A stretch of DNA of 64,000 nt, from assembly GCA_951406725.2 (NCBI GenBank), contig OX597832.1, positions 33,480,001 through 33,544,000 of the forward strand, written 5' to 3'. The stretch is from Octopus vulgaris. Its lineage: Eukaryota. The stretch's first letter is position 1, and every line of letters starts with the position of its first letter. The position numbers were made by a program, and so were the translations under genes. Below are positions 14,127-28,072 of this stretch, piece after piece. A model generated the notes under the pieces. That model saw nothing but the letters and a program-made list of their open reading frames with translations. It had not been told where the DNA came from and searched no databases.

Positions 14127-14177
14127 TTTGTCAGTGAACAGGTCGCGGTCTAAAAGCGACGAAAATATTTTGACAAA
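14127..14177 (+). ncRNA. Minimal type I hammerhead ribozyme, G3-C8 core variant
   Basis: UUUGUCA-GUGAACA-g-GUCGC ggucuaaaa GCGAC-GAAA-AUAU-UU-UGACAAA: 7-bp stem I, 5-bp stem II, palindromic AAAAUAUUUU stem III; lies in a ~230-bp island (14087-14316) between microsatellites. Confidence 0.78.
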
Positions 14178-14317
14178 TTAAATTTAAATGTTGAACTGAA
14201 TCTAACGGCTTTTGTGTGTTTCTTAACTGGCTTATAAACACCTTCCACGCTGCAATTGTTTTTGTTTCGGCACACGACCTCAGATCAGGTCACTTGCTAT
14301 GCAAGTACATCTCCATA

Positions 14318-14380
<63 letters not shown>

Positions 14381-15012
14381 ACGAAATTTGTGTAAAGCAG
14401 GATTTGAAGTAAAAGCGTGAAATTTTATACAAATTCTATATGAGTTTCTCCATGAACAAGACGATAGTAACTAATTACTTTAGCGTAATTAGGCCAAGAT
14501 TAAGTTGGGCCAATTGCCTCTTGTCAAGCTGTACAGTCAACTTAATTATATTAATTAAAGTAAATATAATTGTTTTCAATTTAATATTTGACTTCCTTGT
14601 TTTTTTCTGCTTCGTCTTACACGGTCAGTCTATGTCTTTGTTTATAGTTGTTGTTGCTGTTGATACAACTGATGCAGCTACGATGAAAGGAATACAATAC
14701 AGGTAGGATTATTTTTATCAATCATCTTCAGCTACCATCAACAGCATCATCATCATCATCATCATCAATATCAGCATCCACACGTCCTCTATTATCAATA
14801 TAATCCTCATCATCTTTCCCATCATCATCGTCTTATTCATCATTCACATCATCACCATCGACCACACATTCACAATATTTTTGTCTATCATTCCATCTTC
14901 CGTTTCTCTTTTGAAAACCCATAACCAGCCACCTTTTATAATATGTTTGATTATTTGATTCAGATTTCTTCCCAGAATTTCTTGCTACTTCAGCATCTTT
15001 TATTAATATTAT

Positions 15013-15176
15013 TTCTGAGTTCAAATTCCACCGAGGTCGACTTTGCATTTTTATCCTTTTTGGGTCGATTAAATAAATATCAGTTAATCACTGCGGTCGA
15101 TGTTATCGACTTAATCCCCTTGTCTGTTCTTGTTTGTCCCCTCTATGTTTATCCCCTGTCAGCAATAAAGAAATAA
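15013..15176 (+). mobile_element. 5'-truncated tRNA-derived SINE (Nin-domain-like family)
   Basis: gagttcaaattcc (B box), then gtcgactttgc...gggtcgat core and tail ...taaagaaata; matches copies at 30171 and 32350. Confidence 0.9.
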
Positions 15177-15220
15177 ATTATCATTATTATTATTATTGTT
15201 ATTATTATTATTATTATTAT

Positions 15221-15293
15221 TCAGTAGTTTTTTTTTATAGCGTGCTTTCACTTCACTACAGAGCACAGCTCTGTGTGCCTTGGGTATGTGCTT
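15221..15293 (-). mobile_element. 3' terminus of an R4/Dong LINE in (TAA)n
   Basis: Reverse complement catacccaaggcacacagagctg...gtgaaagcacg...actactga matches the 3' UTR of the RLE element at ~38310-38382. Confidence 0.8.
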
Positions 15294-15315
15294 ATTATTA
15301 GTATTATTATTATTA

Positions 15316-15357
<42 letters not shown>

Positions 15358-15358
<1 letters not shown>

Positions 15359-15995
15359 GATCATTAATTATATGTTTGACTTTTGCTTGGTATTTATACA
15401 AGTTGGCACCAAATCTCAGTCAGAGACCTCAAGGGATAACAAGTTAGAGGTTCATGCTGGTGTTATGCCTAGGTTGTCATATATTTGGGTTTGCACATAA
15501 TATTGTTCTAGCGCCATCCTTCTTAACACTTCGTGGGTCAATGGGGCATGCAACATCAAATATATAGCATATGTGGTGCACCTTGACCACCACTATTAGG
15601 TCCGGTCTGTTATACTCTGGCAGCTAATCGGTTTGGATTGAGAAATCCCAGAGAATTTTGCTAATTTCCTACTCTTTCAGTTTCTTCGGTTTATGTTCAT
15701 ACCACGACGTGCCTCTTTCTGGCCCCCACTTTTCGCACAGTTTCCAGTGTAGCATTTTCGCTATGTAGTCGCTTCGCCACAACTTGTAGTGGTTTTGGAT
15801 AAGTCTGGAGCATTCGTATCGTGATATGGGCAATGGTTTCATCCGCTCTATTGAAGATGCGGCACAGCAGAGACGCCTGCTCATTCCTCAGGTTGACCCT
15901 CCAGCTCGTGGAGGCGAGGTACGTCATTAGGCTCTCGAGTTCGATATGCACGCAATCTTCCACAATTTTGAGATCCCTTCCTCCATTTGCTCTCT
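15358..15995 (-). mobile_element. R4/Dong-clade LINE relic (restriction-like endonuclease domain plus 3' end)
   Basis: LQRANGGRDLKIVEDCV, LCRIFNRADETIAHI, ECSRL..WRSDYIAKMLHWKLCEKWG..WYEHKP..KILWDFSIQTD..NRPDLIVV..IFDVACP; ends in (TAA)n. Confidence 0.88.
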
Positions 15996-16634
15996 GAAGC
16001 CCAGTATATCCATCATGACTACCCACCTCATAAGAGTACACCAGTCACATGCATCTCAACCATATGGTGATCACATATCAAGATAAACAGCACAATGAAC
16101 TTGCAGGTGGGACAAAGTTAGAATTTTGTTTCAGGTCGAACAGCCCATCCCACTCAAATGAAATTGAATTAGGGTTGTTTGAGGATGTTAAAAATTCCTA
16201 TTAACACATGGCTATGAAGCTCCCCCACTACTCCTGCTTTTGATCAGAGATGCACATATCGTCAGCCACTAAGGAACATGCTCAAGTGGTTAAGGTCAAA
16301 CAACTGACAACCAAATCTGTGGTATTGAGCAGAATATTTGCTGTAACCCATCTTTTATACCAAGACAAAACAATGTACATGATAACACTTCCAATCAGTT
16401 AAGATCAGAAGCCACGAGACCCACTGCCTGGTACTGCATCAGGGCATTATTTTTATTATGGAGTGAGATACCTGTGCATGTCATCAAAGTGACACTGGGG
16501 TACAATTATACGAAGCCCAATACACCCATTATAAATACCCGTCTAATAAGGGTACACCAGGCACATGCACCACAACCATATGTACGCGATATGGTGATCT
16601 CATATCCAGATAAACAGCGCATGATCTTGCAGGT
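15996..16634. repeat. Unclassified interspersed repeat, two partial tandem copies
   Basis: 15996-16108 (gaagccc...gtacaccag.cacatgca..caaccatatg..agataaacagc..cttgcaggt) recurs at ~16512-16634. Confidence 0.75.
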
Positions 16635-16852
16635 TCCCCGTTTTGCTGATTTCTATTTCAAGATCTTTATATTTGCTCAGATTTTGGTAGGTCTTGACAG
16701 ATACGTTTATATCGATTGGGACAGTCATATCAATGAGGAGGCATGTTCTTTGTCTGAAGTCTTTCATTATGATGTCTGACCTATTTGCATCTATCTTTCT
16801 GTCAGTTTGAATGGTGAAGTTCCAGAGGAGTGAGATGTGGCCATTTTCAATA
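16635..16852 (-). mobile_element. R4/Dong RLE fragment, 5' end in (TAA)n/(TAG)n
   Basis: IENGHISLLWNFTIQTDRKIDANRSDIIMKDFRQRTCLLIDMTVPIDINVSVKTYQNLSKYKDLEIEISK. Confidence 0.88.
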
Positions 16853-16865
16853 TTATTATTATTAC

Positions 16866-16982
<117 letters not shown>

Positions 16983-17246
16983 CACTAGCAGTAGCAGCAG
17001 CAGCTTTTCTTCGTCCATCAGTATTGTTGCTATTTTTTATGTTTTCCCCACAAATAAGTAGAAAAAATATTTACATGCTAGTTTGTTTTCAAAGAGACCA
17101 GCGACAATTCTTCTTCTTCTTCTTCTTCTTCTTCTTCTTCTTCTTCTTCTTCTTCTTCTTCTTCTTCTTCTTCTGCTTCTTCTTCTTCCTCGTTCTTGCT
17201 GTTGTTACCGGGATGAGTTTGCACAACTCCCAGCAACACGGGGTTG

Positions 17247-17311
17247 ATGGAGCAGAAATTCGCCTCCAGCTACCAAATGCGAAACGACGAGGAAGACGAT
17301 GACGACGACAC

Positions 17312-17344
<33 letters not shown>

Positions 17345-17461
17345 TAATAATAGTAATATTGATAATAATAATAATAATGTGAGCTTGGTGAATCTGCGCG
17401 ATCTCCGATTCAGTGCCATTACGTGCCACGCGGACCACCTACAGCTTTGTGGATGCATATG
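17247..17461 (+). CDS. Candidate first coding exon of an unidentified host gene
   Basis: ATG at 17247, MEQKFASSYQMRNDEEDDDDDT(N-rich)VSLVNLRDLRFSAITCHADHLQLCGCI, ending at a consensus donor ATG|GTAAGC; CpG-richer than flanks. No family recognised. Confidence 0.35.
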
Positions 17462-18608
17462 GTAAGCAGAAAATTTTGCTGAACCTATCGGATGTCTTTT
17501 GTCTATGTAAGTCTATGGTACCACTGTATGCTTTACAACGTATTTTCATACGGTATCAACCTCGTATATCTATACATGTGTGCGCCCGTGTGTATGTATA
17601 CATGTATGTATGCACGTGCGCCAGTTTGTCAGTGCATATGTATGCATGTGTGTATACAGAGAGATGGGAACAGACTGCCACATAAACACATCCACACATC
17701 CTCAATATATGTGTGCGTGTGTGTATGTATGTACGTATATACATGCGTATATGTGTATATACATATATGCATATATACAACTGCTATTGTTAATATCACA
17801 TACAGATTGATAAATCTGATATACATACATGCATACCTACAAACGTGTATATATATATATACATGCAGAAATCAGAAGCGTACATCCTAGTGCATCACAG
17901 GAGATGCAATTAAAATGACAGACTGGTTGGCTTCGACCCAATTGAGGACAGACCGAATGTGTTTCCGTGAACACGAAGATCGTGTTAGCAAGTCCATTAA
18001 TCAGACGGAAGATCAACCATAATTGTATTATCGCAGTTTTGTCAATGTTTGCTTTCTGCTGAATGAAGAATCTGTAACTAAGGCTCTAATTAAGCAATAT
18101 GGCGCTTGCGTTTATTGAGATGAGAATCACTACAACAATGGCGGCGTGTGATTATAGTTATTGTGGTGGCGCTGATGATATTGCCACAGAATCCAACATT
18201 GCCAAAGGTTTATGTTTGTTTCTTCTGCATATATTTTGCTGCCATCTTTCTTTTTGTCTCTTCGTTCTCGGGATTTCAACTTCTTTATATTTTTTTCATT
18301 CTTTCTTACTGAGAATCTTTTCTTCATACATTTTCATCTTCTGCTAATTTACTGCCTTTTGTCTCCTCCTATTTTCTACGTCTTATACCCTTCTTTTGCT
18401 GCTATTGTTGTTTTCTATGCCCAATGAATTTCTTCTTCCCTTTTTTCTCCACTTTCTCCTCCTCCTCCTCCTCCTTAATTATTCATATTCTTACTTGTTT
18501 TCTTTTTGTTGTCCATTTTTTCTTCTTGTACTTCTTCCTTTTCTTCTATTTCCTCTACTACTACTACTACTACTACGACTACTACTGGTGCTGCTGCTGC
18601 TGCTGCTG

Positions 18609-18729
<121 letters not shown>

Positions 18730-20018
18730 CTTCTATCCACATTCTTTTTCATATTCTCTGTCTTTCGTTTTTTCTCCATACTCTGCTTTCTCTTCTCTTT
18801 CCATGCCCACCCTGCAGTATGATGGTTTGATGTCTCAGCTGGTCATGCTGACGGACAAAGTACTATTGAGGAGGTGCCCAAGAACCCTACCCCCACGATC
18901 CTCCCAGGAATGAAGGGTGAATGGCTGACACATAACGACCACTCTAGCTTGGGTTAAATACTGTGAAATATTGAACGTTCCACTGGTTCAGACAAGATAA
19001 AAACAAAGTTGCTGGCATCCAAATATTCTGCGTACAAATTTCAATGTGTGTCTATGTATGTGTGTGTTTGAGTGTGTGTCTGTGTGTATGAGAAAGAGTG
19101 TGTGAGTGTATGTGTGTATGTCCAAAGATGCTTGAACATGTGTAATCATTTTGGCGTAAATGTAAGCCCAGACGCCTAGATTAAGAAAGAGGGATGCGTC
19201 GTGTAATTCGAGGAAGATTTAGCTGCTAATTTTATCAGGTCTAGTGACGAGAATTATATATTCCCATATGGGAAACATCTACCAGCTTATTTATCAATGT
19301 TATTTTTCAGAGTGTGACAAAAACGTATACAAAAACTTATTTGGTATTCGAAGAGAAAACAAATATATTTTCAATGTTTAGAAATGTTTTGAGCGAGAGC
19401 AACGCACTCTGCCTGAGGCTAAAATTTTATTTTTCTGTAACTTTTATTTTACTTCCCACTGTTGTATCTATTGTTGATATTGTTGTTGTTGTCGTCGATT
19501 TAATTAATCTATCATATAACAGCATGATGTCAACACGATGTATTGTACACAAGTCATGTATTATAATTTCGTTTGTTTGCGCATACATCGACATGGTGTG
19601 TTGTAGCGAACAGACCCGAGATACTTACATATGTTCACACACACGTAATGAAAGTTCATCATATACGCACACATTTATAAGTCACACATTTATACAAACA
19701 CACACACACACACATAAATACTGCAACTAATTTATAGATACAAACAAATGTCGATATATCCATGAGGGTTAAGAATGACTAAATTTTGTCTACTGGAATA
19801 TATTTTTATGCAAACCTTCCTAAAAAGTCAATCGCTGTCGATACTCACACGTATATACGCGTGAGTACATATGAAGAGAAGTGTGTACATACATATATCT
19901 GTACGTATTTGTGTGATTGTGAGTGTGTGTGTGTGTTATGTAATACAAAAGTAACACAAGAGTATGTATGTGTTTTTATTTATGTATATATACACATATA
20001 TATGTATATATATACATG

Positions 20019-20050
<32 letters not shown>

Positions 20051-20132
20051 ATTATATACGTATATATATATATGTATATATATATATACGTATATATATA
20101 TATACATATATATATATATTTATATGTATATA

Positions 20133-20163
<31 letters not shown>

Positions 20164-20170
20164 GTATATA

Positions 20171-20276
<106 letters not shown>

Positions 20277-20630
20277 CATACATACATACATATATACATA
20301 CATACATACGTACATACATACATATATACGCTTGTATTAATTTTGTGTTGGTTATTGCTATTCCCTGATTAGCGTCAATTTCCTGCAGTACTTCCGGTTC
20401 CCTGGCTATGTTACTTGCTGCGGTTTTAAGATGGTGCCTTTTCCTTTTCTATCTATTTGCTTCCTTCATATTTGAAAAGATTGTACTCATCCTTCCGCCA
20501 GCATTTAGATAATTTTGTTTTCTATTATTTCTCCAAATTTTATGCAACATTTTACCACAATTCTACAGGTTTATTGTCAGTTGATTATTTGTTACGGAGA
20601 AAGAAATGTGTGTGTGTCAATATACATATA

Positions 20631-20713
<83 letters not shown>

Positions 20714-20820
20714 GTATATATATATGTATATATATATATATGTATATACGTATATATATAAATGTGTATATATAAATATATGCGTATCGATGTATACATA
20801 TACATAAATATATATATATA

Positions 20821-20870
<50 letters not shown>

Positions 20871-20920
20871 GATATACGTATATATACGTATATATACATA
20901 TAAATATGTATATATATATA

Positions 20921-20988
<68 letters not shown>

Positions 20989-21409
20989 TGTTATTTTCAG
21001 TGTCATCAGCATTTATATATATATATATATATATGTATATTCGAATTAATGTGTGTATATCCCAGTTAAGCTCTAAGTGTAAATAATCTATTACAACAAT
21101 CTCTTTTGTCTCGCCACAAAAGCCAGTTTCTTTAAGGATCAATTATTTCTAAATATTTTAAAAACATTTTGAATAATTTTACAGCGATATTTCCAAGTTC
21201 GTTTGTTCTTCAAAGACATATTCTTATCTCTAATCTTTCTTTTATTTACTTTTGTTTATATTATGTTAAGCGGAATTAATATCGATATAAGCAGAGGATT
21301 TTATTGTGTAGCGGAACAAACCCCAAAACTAAAGTTATACCATTTCATTGTTTATAAGGAAGCACTTGTAGTAGGAATGAATACAACACACACGCACACA
21401 TGTGTGTGC

Positions 21410-21455
<46 letters not shown>

Positions 21456-21889
21456 CATATACATACATGCATATACATATATATACACATATATGCACAT
21501 ATATATATATACATAAGTACACATATATACATCTGTATATGTATTCGTATATAACTATTTGCATATATATATATACATATATATGTATATATATATATGT
21601 ATATATATATATATGTGTGTATGTATATATATATGTATGTGCGTGTGTTTGTGTCTGTGTGTATATATGTAGATGCAGGTAAAATGATAAGTAGATAGAT
21701 TGACTAATCGATAAATAGATCGGAGATCAGCCGTTAAACATTGTATTTGAATTCCCAGTCAAATCTCTATTACGAGAAAATTTCCCCCTTGTATGCTATA
21801 ATTATCCATGTCAGTAAATCTTTCGATGTGTTGTACTAGTTTATCAGAATGACAAACTAATTGCATTGTTGGTAAGGAATGATTTAATG

Positions 21890-22895
21890 ACTCTGTCCCT
21901 GCATTATTCCCCAGGATGTAGAAACTGCCTGGCACAGCTCTTGAGGCACTACGAATGGGTGTTAAAGCATCTGCCCAGCATTTCAAATGCGGATGTGACA
22001 TATCTCGACATTGCGAAATATTTGATAAAACCTACCACGGTGTGATATGTCACAAGTAGCGTGATCTCAGTATTGCTGGAAACGTTTCAGGGTAGCTGTA
22101 ACGTTTTAGAATATTGAAGTCGGGCATTGTGACCTCTAAGGAACCTCTAAGTAAACGAAAGCAACCTCTAAGGAAACTGAAATAAAGAGTGATGTTCCAT
22201 ACTTTACTGTGTTAGGACTACTGCTTTTCAGAGTGACTCCATGAGACATGCCCTCAACTGTTCAAGTAGCTATGCAGTTGATACAATGACCCAGGAGCGA
22301 CTGCTATACTTGAAAAAAAATCAGTGCATGACCTGGTTATTGAGAGGAGAAATGATGCATCCATCCAGGAGCATATTACTAATTTGGCAATAAAGTGAAG
22401 GAGGCTGATCGGCTGAATCCTTAAAAGTTTCAGAACGAGAGAACAGGAAACCATGAAGGTCCTCTGGAGTATATATGCCCTCAGTCGCTTAGACTACTGC
22501 TCCCAACTATGGTCACAAAACAATGTAAAATTAACGATGGAACTCGAAAATGTAAGGAAAAAGTTACATTCTCGAGTCATGCCGACTCATAAGGACCGGT
22601 TTCCTGGTTTCATGGCGTATATATTCCTGCCAGTCCTTTGAAGTATTACTCATTCTTTTCCAGCTGAGTGGACTGAAGCGACGTGAAAAGAAGTGGTTTG
22701 CTCAAGAACACAACGCGTCGCCCGCTCCAGGAATCGAAACCGCAATCTAGCTTTCATGAGTCCAACACTTTAAACAATAATCCACGTGCCTCCACATGCG
22801 GAACTCGAAGTAATCCAGCGACGCAAAACACAAATCGCCTTCTAAATGCATCAAACAAGTTACTGGGATAGGCTAAAAAGATAAAACTCTACCTT
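21890..22895 (+). mobile_element. Decayed CR1/L2-group LINE RT fragment interrupted by a SINE
   Basis: RNCLAQLLRHYEWVL..DVTYLDIAKYFDKTYHGVICHK; SRLDYCSQLWS..MELE | VIQRR..SYWDRLKKIKLY. Confidence 0.85.
22549..22799 (-). mobile_element. tRNA-derived SINE (CORE/V-like body) with 10-bp TSD
   Basis: Head ggaggcacgtgg...ggtttcgattcc (B box), body ttgtgttcttgagcaa; GGAACTCGAA at 22539-48 and 22800-09. Confidence 0.88.
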
Positions 22896-24733
22896 GTGGT
22901 TGGGGAGTAAACTGCTTACGCCCCCCCCCCCCTCAATTGACGCAGCTGGACCACTCATAGTCGTAACCGACCGTAAGACCGTAATTCTTATCAAGAAACC
23001 ACAAATTTGATGAGAAACAACTAGAAGATGATATCGATTTCTTGTTCGAATACAAAAGAAGGAAAAGCTAAATTGGAAATAGAGAGATTTGACTACATTT
23101 TGTCTGTTTATAGTTATTAGTCATATGACCGCTAACTGCCTGAAATGAAAAATTGTCAGATAGGCGTTACATCTTGCTAGAGTGTTACCGACAACAGAAT
23201 GATGAAAATACAGCTGTTGGTTCAAACCATTCTCTTTCGTATCTTTAGAAATGAATATTACCCGAATTTTGCACACGGAGCGGAAAAGAATTTATTAAAT
23301 TGACTTCCGATTAGTTGAGGGTATAACCACACTTATAAAATCGTGCATTGAAACAATTTCTGTTCCCGTCTGACATTCACAGGTTTGATTAAAACAAAAA
23401 TTGTTAAACAACTGTACATCATATTGTTTCTGGCGTAACGTTACCGTATAAAAATGAAAAATTTACATCAACCAGCATTAATCTATCTTTAACAAAAGGT
23501 ACGTCGGTTCACGAAATCCAAATATTCTTTTGCTGATTGAGATTATATTCCATTTCAATTGTATTGCTAATCCCTTGGCTAATTCCATGTATGTCTTATC
23601 AAATTTGTTATTCCTTGCTATATTCACCTATGTCTCAATACAAAACCACCATTATTCAGCCTCGTCTCATAAAAATTAATGTTATACAACTTTCAAAACT
23701 ACGCATAATCTTTTGAGGAATTTCTCTCCATAATATTTTAAACAACAATGGTTTCATTATTCTATATAATTTCCTCGCAAATCCCAACTTTATCTAATGG
23801 CACCTAGACCGCAAAGTTTCTTAGCGCCATATTTTTTCCTCAATAACAGCTGTTAATTACTCTCTGGAGATTATTTTAATTCAATTTAAAACCTTTTATT
23901 GCGAAAAGAGAAAAATAACTTTGCTTTCTTTTATGTCACGAACACGAAATGAAAGACGTCTATAGTCTGAATTGATCACTGAAACGCATACGGCACTGAA
24001 TGTATATATTTTCATCTTATTTTTTCGTTCGCCGCTTTTTCTTTATCAGTTCTATTAATTCTTAGGTTTCATGAATCAGGAAATATTTCATAGGAACGTT
24101 GATTGTTTTATAAATGTATAAAATATGTAGAGATTCAAAATTTAGTTTGCTTTCATATAAACGTTTCCATATTGTTACAATATTTCTTTTCATGACGATT
24201 TCGTCGTTGTTATTTTCGTAGTTTATTGTGGTTGTATTATTAATAATTTATAAACATTTTCGAACGGATATCTATCAACTTTTGAAAAAATTGTATCGCA
24301 GTAATTAATTGAACATAGTTAATAATTCACGTGACATATTTAATGAGTAATTAGTTCGTGGAAATTTGGTGATCATATTAATATTCTTCGTCAGTCTACG
24401 AAATAATGCATATGGAATTCATAGGAAATTGGCTCACCAATGAACAATGGCAGAGGGTGCGAAGAGGAATTATATTGACAAAACTTGAGAGAATGATAGC
24501 GCATGATAAGCACTCTCGACAGCATATGAGCATAAATTAATTAATACTGAATGAGCATGCATATACATACATAAATGCACACACAAAAACAAACATACAC
24601 TCTCTCTCACAAACACACACACATATACAAATATAAATGTGTGTTTGTATGTGTAGGCATGTCTATGTATGTAAGTATATATTTATTTATGTGCATACAT
24701 TCGTACATTCATACAGACATACATATACATATA

Positions 24734-24858
<125 letters not shown>

Positions 24859-26865
24859 GCAATAGAAGAAAAGGATTAATGTGGGAAATACGATGTAGAA
24901 GATATCAGTTATATAACAATTCTAGTACAAACAGTAGAGAAACAAACATTTGTGTAATTGCACAACTAACAACATCAACAACAGCAGCAACGACGACGAC
25001 AACATAAGGAACATCATAAACAACGAAAAGAGCATCAACAGCAACAACAACAACAGAATATCTATAATATGCAAAGAAATCCCCATTGACAATGATAACG
25101 AGAAATTGAAAATTTTAACAAACAACTCATAAACATTAATAGAACAAAACAAAAGAATGTGAAATGATAACAATTTGCAAAATAATGAATTAAATATTTT
25201 TATTGAATGTCAGATCTGTGAAATTAATTAAAACAGGTGCTTTTAACATACGATCGAAATGAGGTTTTCAATTTGCACCTCATTTCAAAAATCCTATTAT
25301 AGCCAAAGTATCGACGTTATTGATAAAAATCTATGGAATTATAAAAATGCCTGTGTGAACAAGTTATTAATTTGCATCGGCGTGAACTAAACATCCGTAT
25401 TTTAGATTTATTTCGTTTGTTAAATCCAGAAATGTGTTTAAGAATGAATTAAAGGAAATAAATCATGAACGCCATGTTAGTGATGTAGTTAATAAAGCGA
25501 AAATGAATTCAGAGATCCAAGAATCTTGTGAAAAATAGTTTGTTGTGTTTCCGGGTGCAAGCATGTTTAACCTTCGATCAGTTGTCTCTTGATCGTTTGG
25601 GGATGGGGGTGGGGAGAAAAATAAACAGATTATCGATTTTTCCATCATAGTGATCAGAGGAATGTTTTTGTAAAGGAAAAAAGGTTAATAAGGAGAGCTG
25701 GATCGTATCAAGGAAAATGTCGAATAAGGCTTTATAAATTCTGACCTCTGAAACTAAACCATCAATTATAATCTTTTCTTCTATTTAATCATAATGTTTC
25801 ATGTCAGCCACAAATCTGAGGAATTGCATGGAAAGTTCATTTTAGACAGTAGTAAAGAGTCAAAAAATAGGCGAGATTCGATTTCAGGCAAAACATAAAC
25901 AATAAAAATTGCCTCACATCAATGTAATGTTGTGACATCTGCCTGCTCATTTTACACATACAGGCACAAATAAATGGCAACAACGAAAAATGTAAAATCA
26001 TCGCCATAACACTTCCCTGTGTATGAGATGTGAACCCCTAACACTTTCTGATCTTGTAAACTTCTAGGTTTAACACCTGATGGTTCAGTGTACTGCAAGG
26101 TGTTATCGCCTTTGTTCTTACGAAACAATCTGCATAAGTAAATAATTCTTCAGTCTGTGCTAGTAAAAGCCACTGCATCATATTTTCTCTTCAACCTTAA
26201 CATCGCCATCATTTATATTATAATGAGCCTATATTAAAACGAGCCGATTGAATTGGCTGAAAGTTCCGAAACATCATTTTAAATTGAAATTCTCGGCTTA
26301 TCCAAAACATTGTAACTAAATGTTGTTTGCCGACTAAATACCTTTCAATACATCCGAAGACGCGGCAAGAGGCATTTAAAAAGATTATGTCCATTTCCAA
26401 ATTTTAAGGATATGCGATAGATATCGATTTTCTAATCTTACCGGTTCTTATACCGTTGCTGAAATTTTGCCATCCTTCGCTACACTTCCAATTACGTTTG
26501 TTAATTGCAATCCAAACGGAAAAGTCCATCAGGTATTTTATAAACGGAAATTAAAAAAAAAAGTGGGAGTGTCAATATGTTAAAATGATATTTTCTGCTT
26601 AGAATTAATCAAATGGAACTACAACCTCCAATCCTTAGAGAAAACGTTGCCGACTCAAAGAGATGAGAACCGCAGTGTTTACAGTCGGACGCGCATTTAC
26701 CTGATGGAATCACTCATCTGCGACGCTTTTAATTGACGGCAGATTTTTCTTTTAACAATTCACAGGTACGGATGTAGTTATTACAGCAATCACTCGATTT
26801 ACGCATGTATGTGTACATGAGTGTATATATGTGTGTATATGTATGTGTACGCTTGTATATATGTA

Positions 26866-26901
<36 letters not shown>

Positions 26902-27197
26902 TGTGAGATAAACAAAATATAGTCATGAATTAATTAGATTGTGAAACAGCGCTTTCAATTCGTCACGGGGTTTCGCCTTGATACGCAAGAGGTAACAGCA
27001 AAATTTCCCTCACACCACAACACATATTGGTGTAAAGAATCCAGTAATGAGAGAATATATCGAAATAGTTATAATTATAGCTGAATAATATAATGGATGT
27101 TCGCGATTGGAACGTCTTACGTCACAACTCTTTTCGAAATGGTCGAGCGTGTAAGGATAACATCAACGCAACCAACATAACATTCAGCAGAACACAT

Positions 27198-27282
<85 letters not shown>

Positions 27283-27611
27283 AATGCTGCTGTTTTTATG
27301 CCAACAAAGAACAGACCCTACACAAGTACAAACTCTCTGCTAGAAGTATCAACTCAGTCTCTCATTATTACTGTGCGAAGAGAGGTGTAACATCGAAGTC
27401 TTAGACGCCGAAAACAAAAGAGGGTTTAGTTATACGCGGTAAAACGAGGGTCAGCCAACAACAGCATCGACGACACGCACCACCAACAACCAAAACTGCA
27501 CAACTGCACAACAGTAAATGATAAGATGCACTACCATTGTAATTGACTTTGTAGTAATAGTGACCAAATCTCTCTGTAATGATACAAAATCGAAAGACAC
27601 CTTAACTGATT

Positions 27612-27900
27612 AAGTGACTGACCCATTAGAGACGATACTAGTATAGCTTATGACCCCAGGAAGACATCTCCTCCAGCTGCCTATTGACACACTGTCTCTG
27701 CTCTTTCCTTCCCATCTCCAGCCTGACGTGATACACACGGACCCGTGTTTCTGAGTGTCACGTCAGGCTGGAGATAGGAACAATGCTTTCCCTCTGGAAA
27801 TACCGATAGGACAGAGACAGTGTGTCAATAGGCAGCTGAAGGAGATGTCTTCCTGGGGCTATATGATATACTAGCATCGTCCCTAATGGGTCAGTGACTT
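27612..27900. mobile_element. Foldback/MITE-like palindromic element (~290 bp)
   Basis: Arms actgacccattag..ccccaggaagacatctcct.cagctgcctattgacacactgtctctg..tctccagcctgacgtga are reverse-complementary to tcacgtcaggctggaga..cagagacagtgtgtcaataggcagctg.aggagatgtcttcctgggg..ctaatgggtcagt. Confidence 0.9.
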
Positions 27901-28072
27901 TTAGGTGCCAAATATACATCACGACGTCGTGCTGCTACTGTTTATATCTCGCTCAGAGTTTCATTATTGCTATACAGCCACACACACACACACGCACACA
28001 CATATATATGGATATATATATATATATCCCAGCACAGTTCTTTCTGTCTCCATTTTCCTTTCTTATTCCTTC

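Noticed and set aside
25812-25842. AAAT-CTGAGGA-attgcatg-GAAA-GT-TC-ATTT hammerhead-like match
   Set aside because: Stem II does not close, stem I is only 4 A-T pairs and there is no repeat context; chance cannot be excluded.
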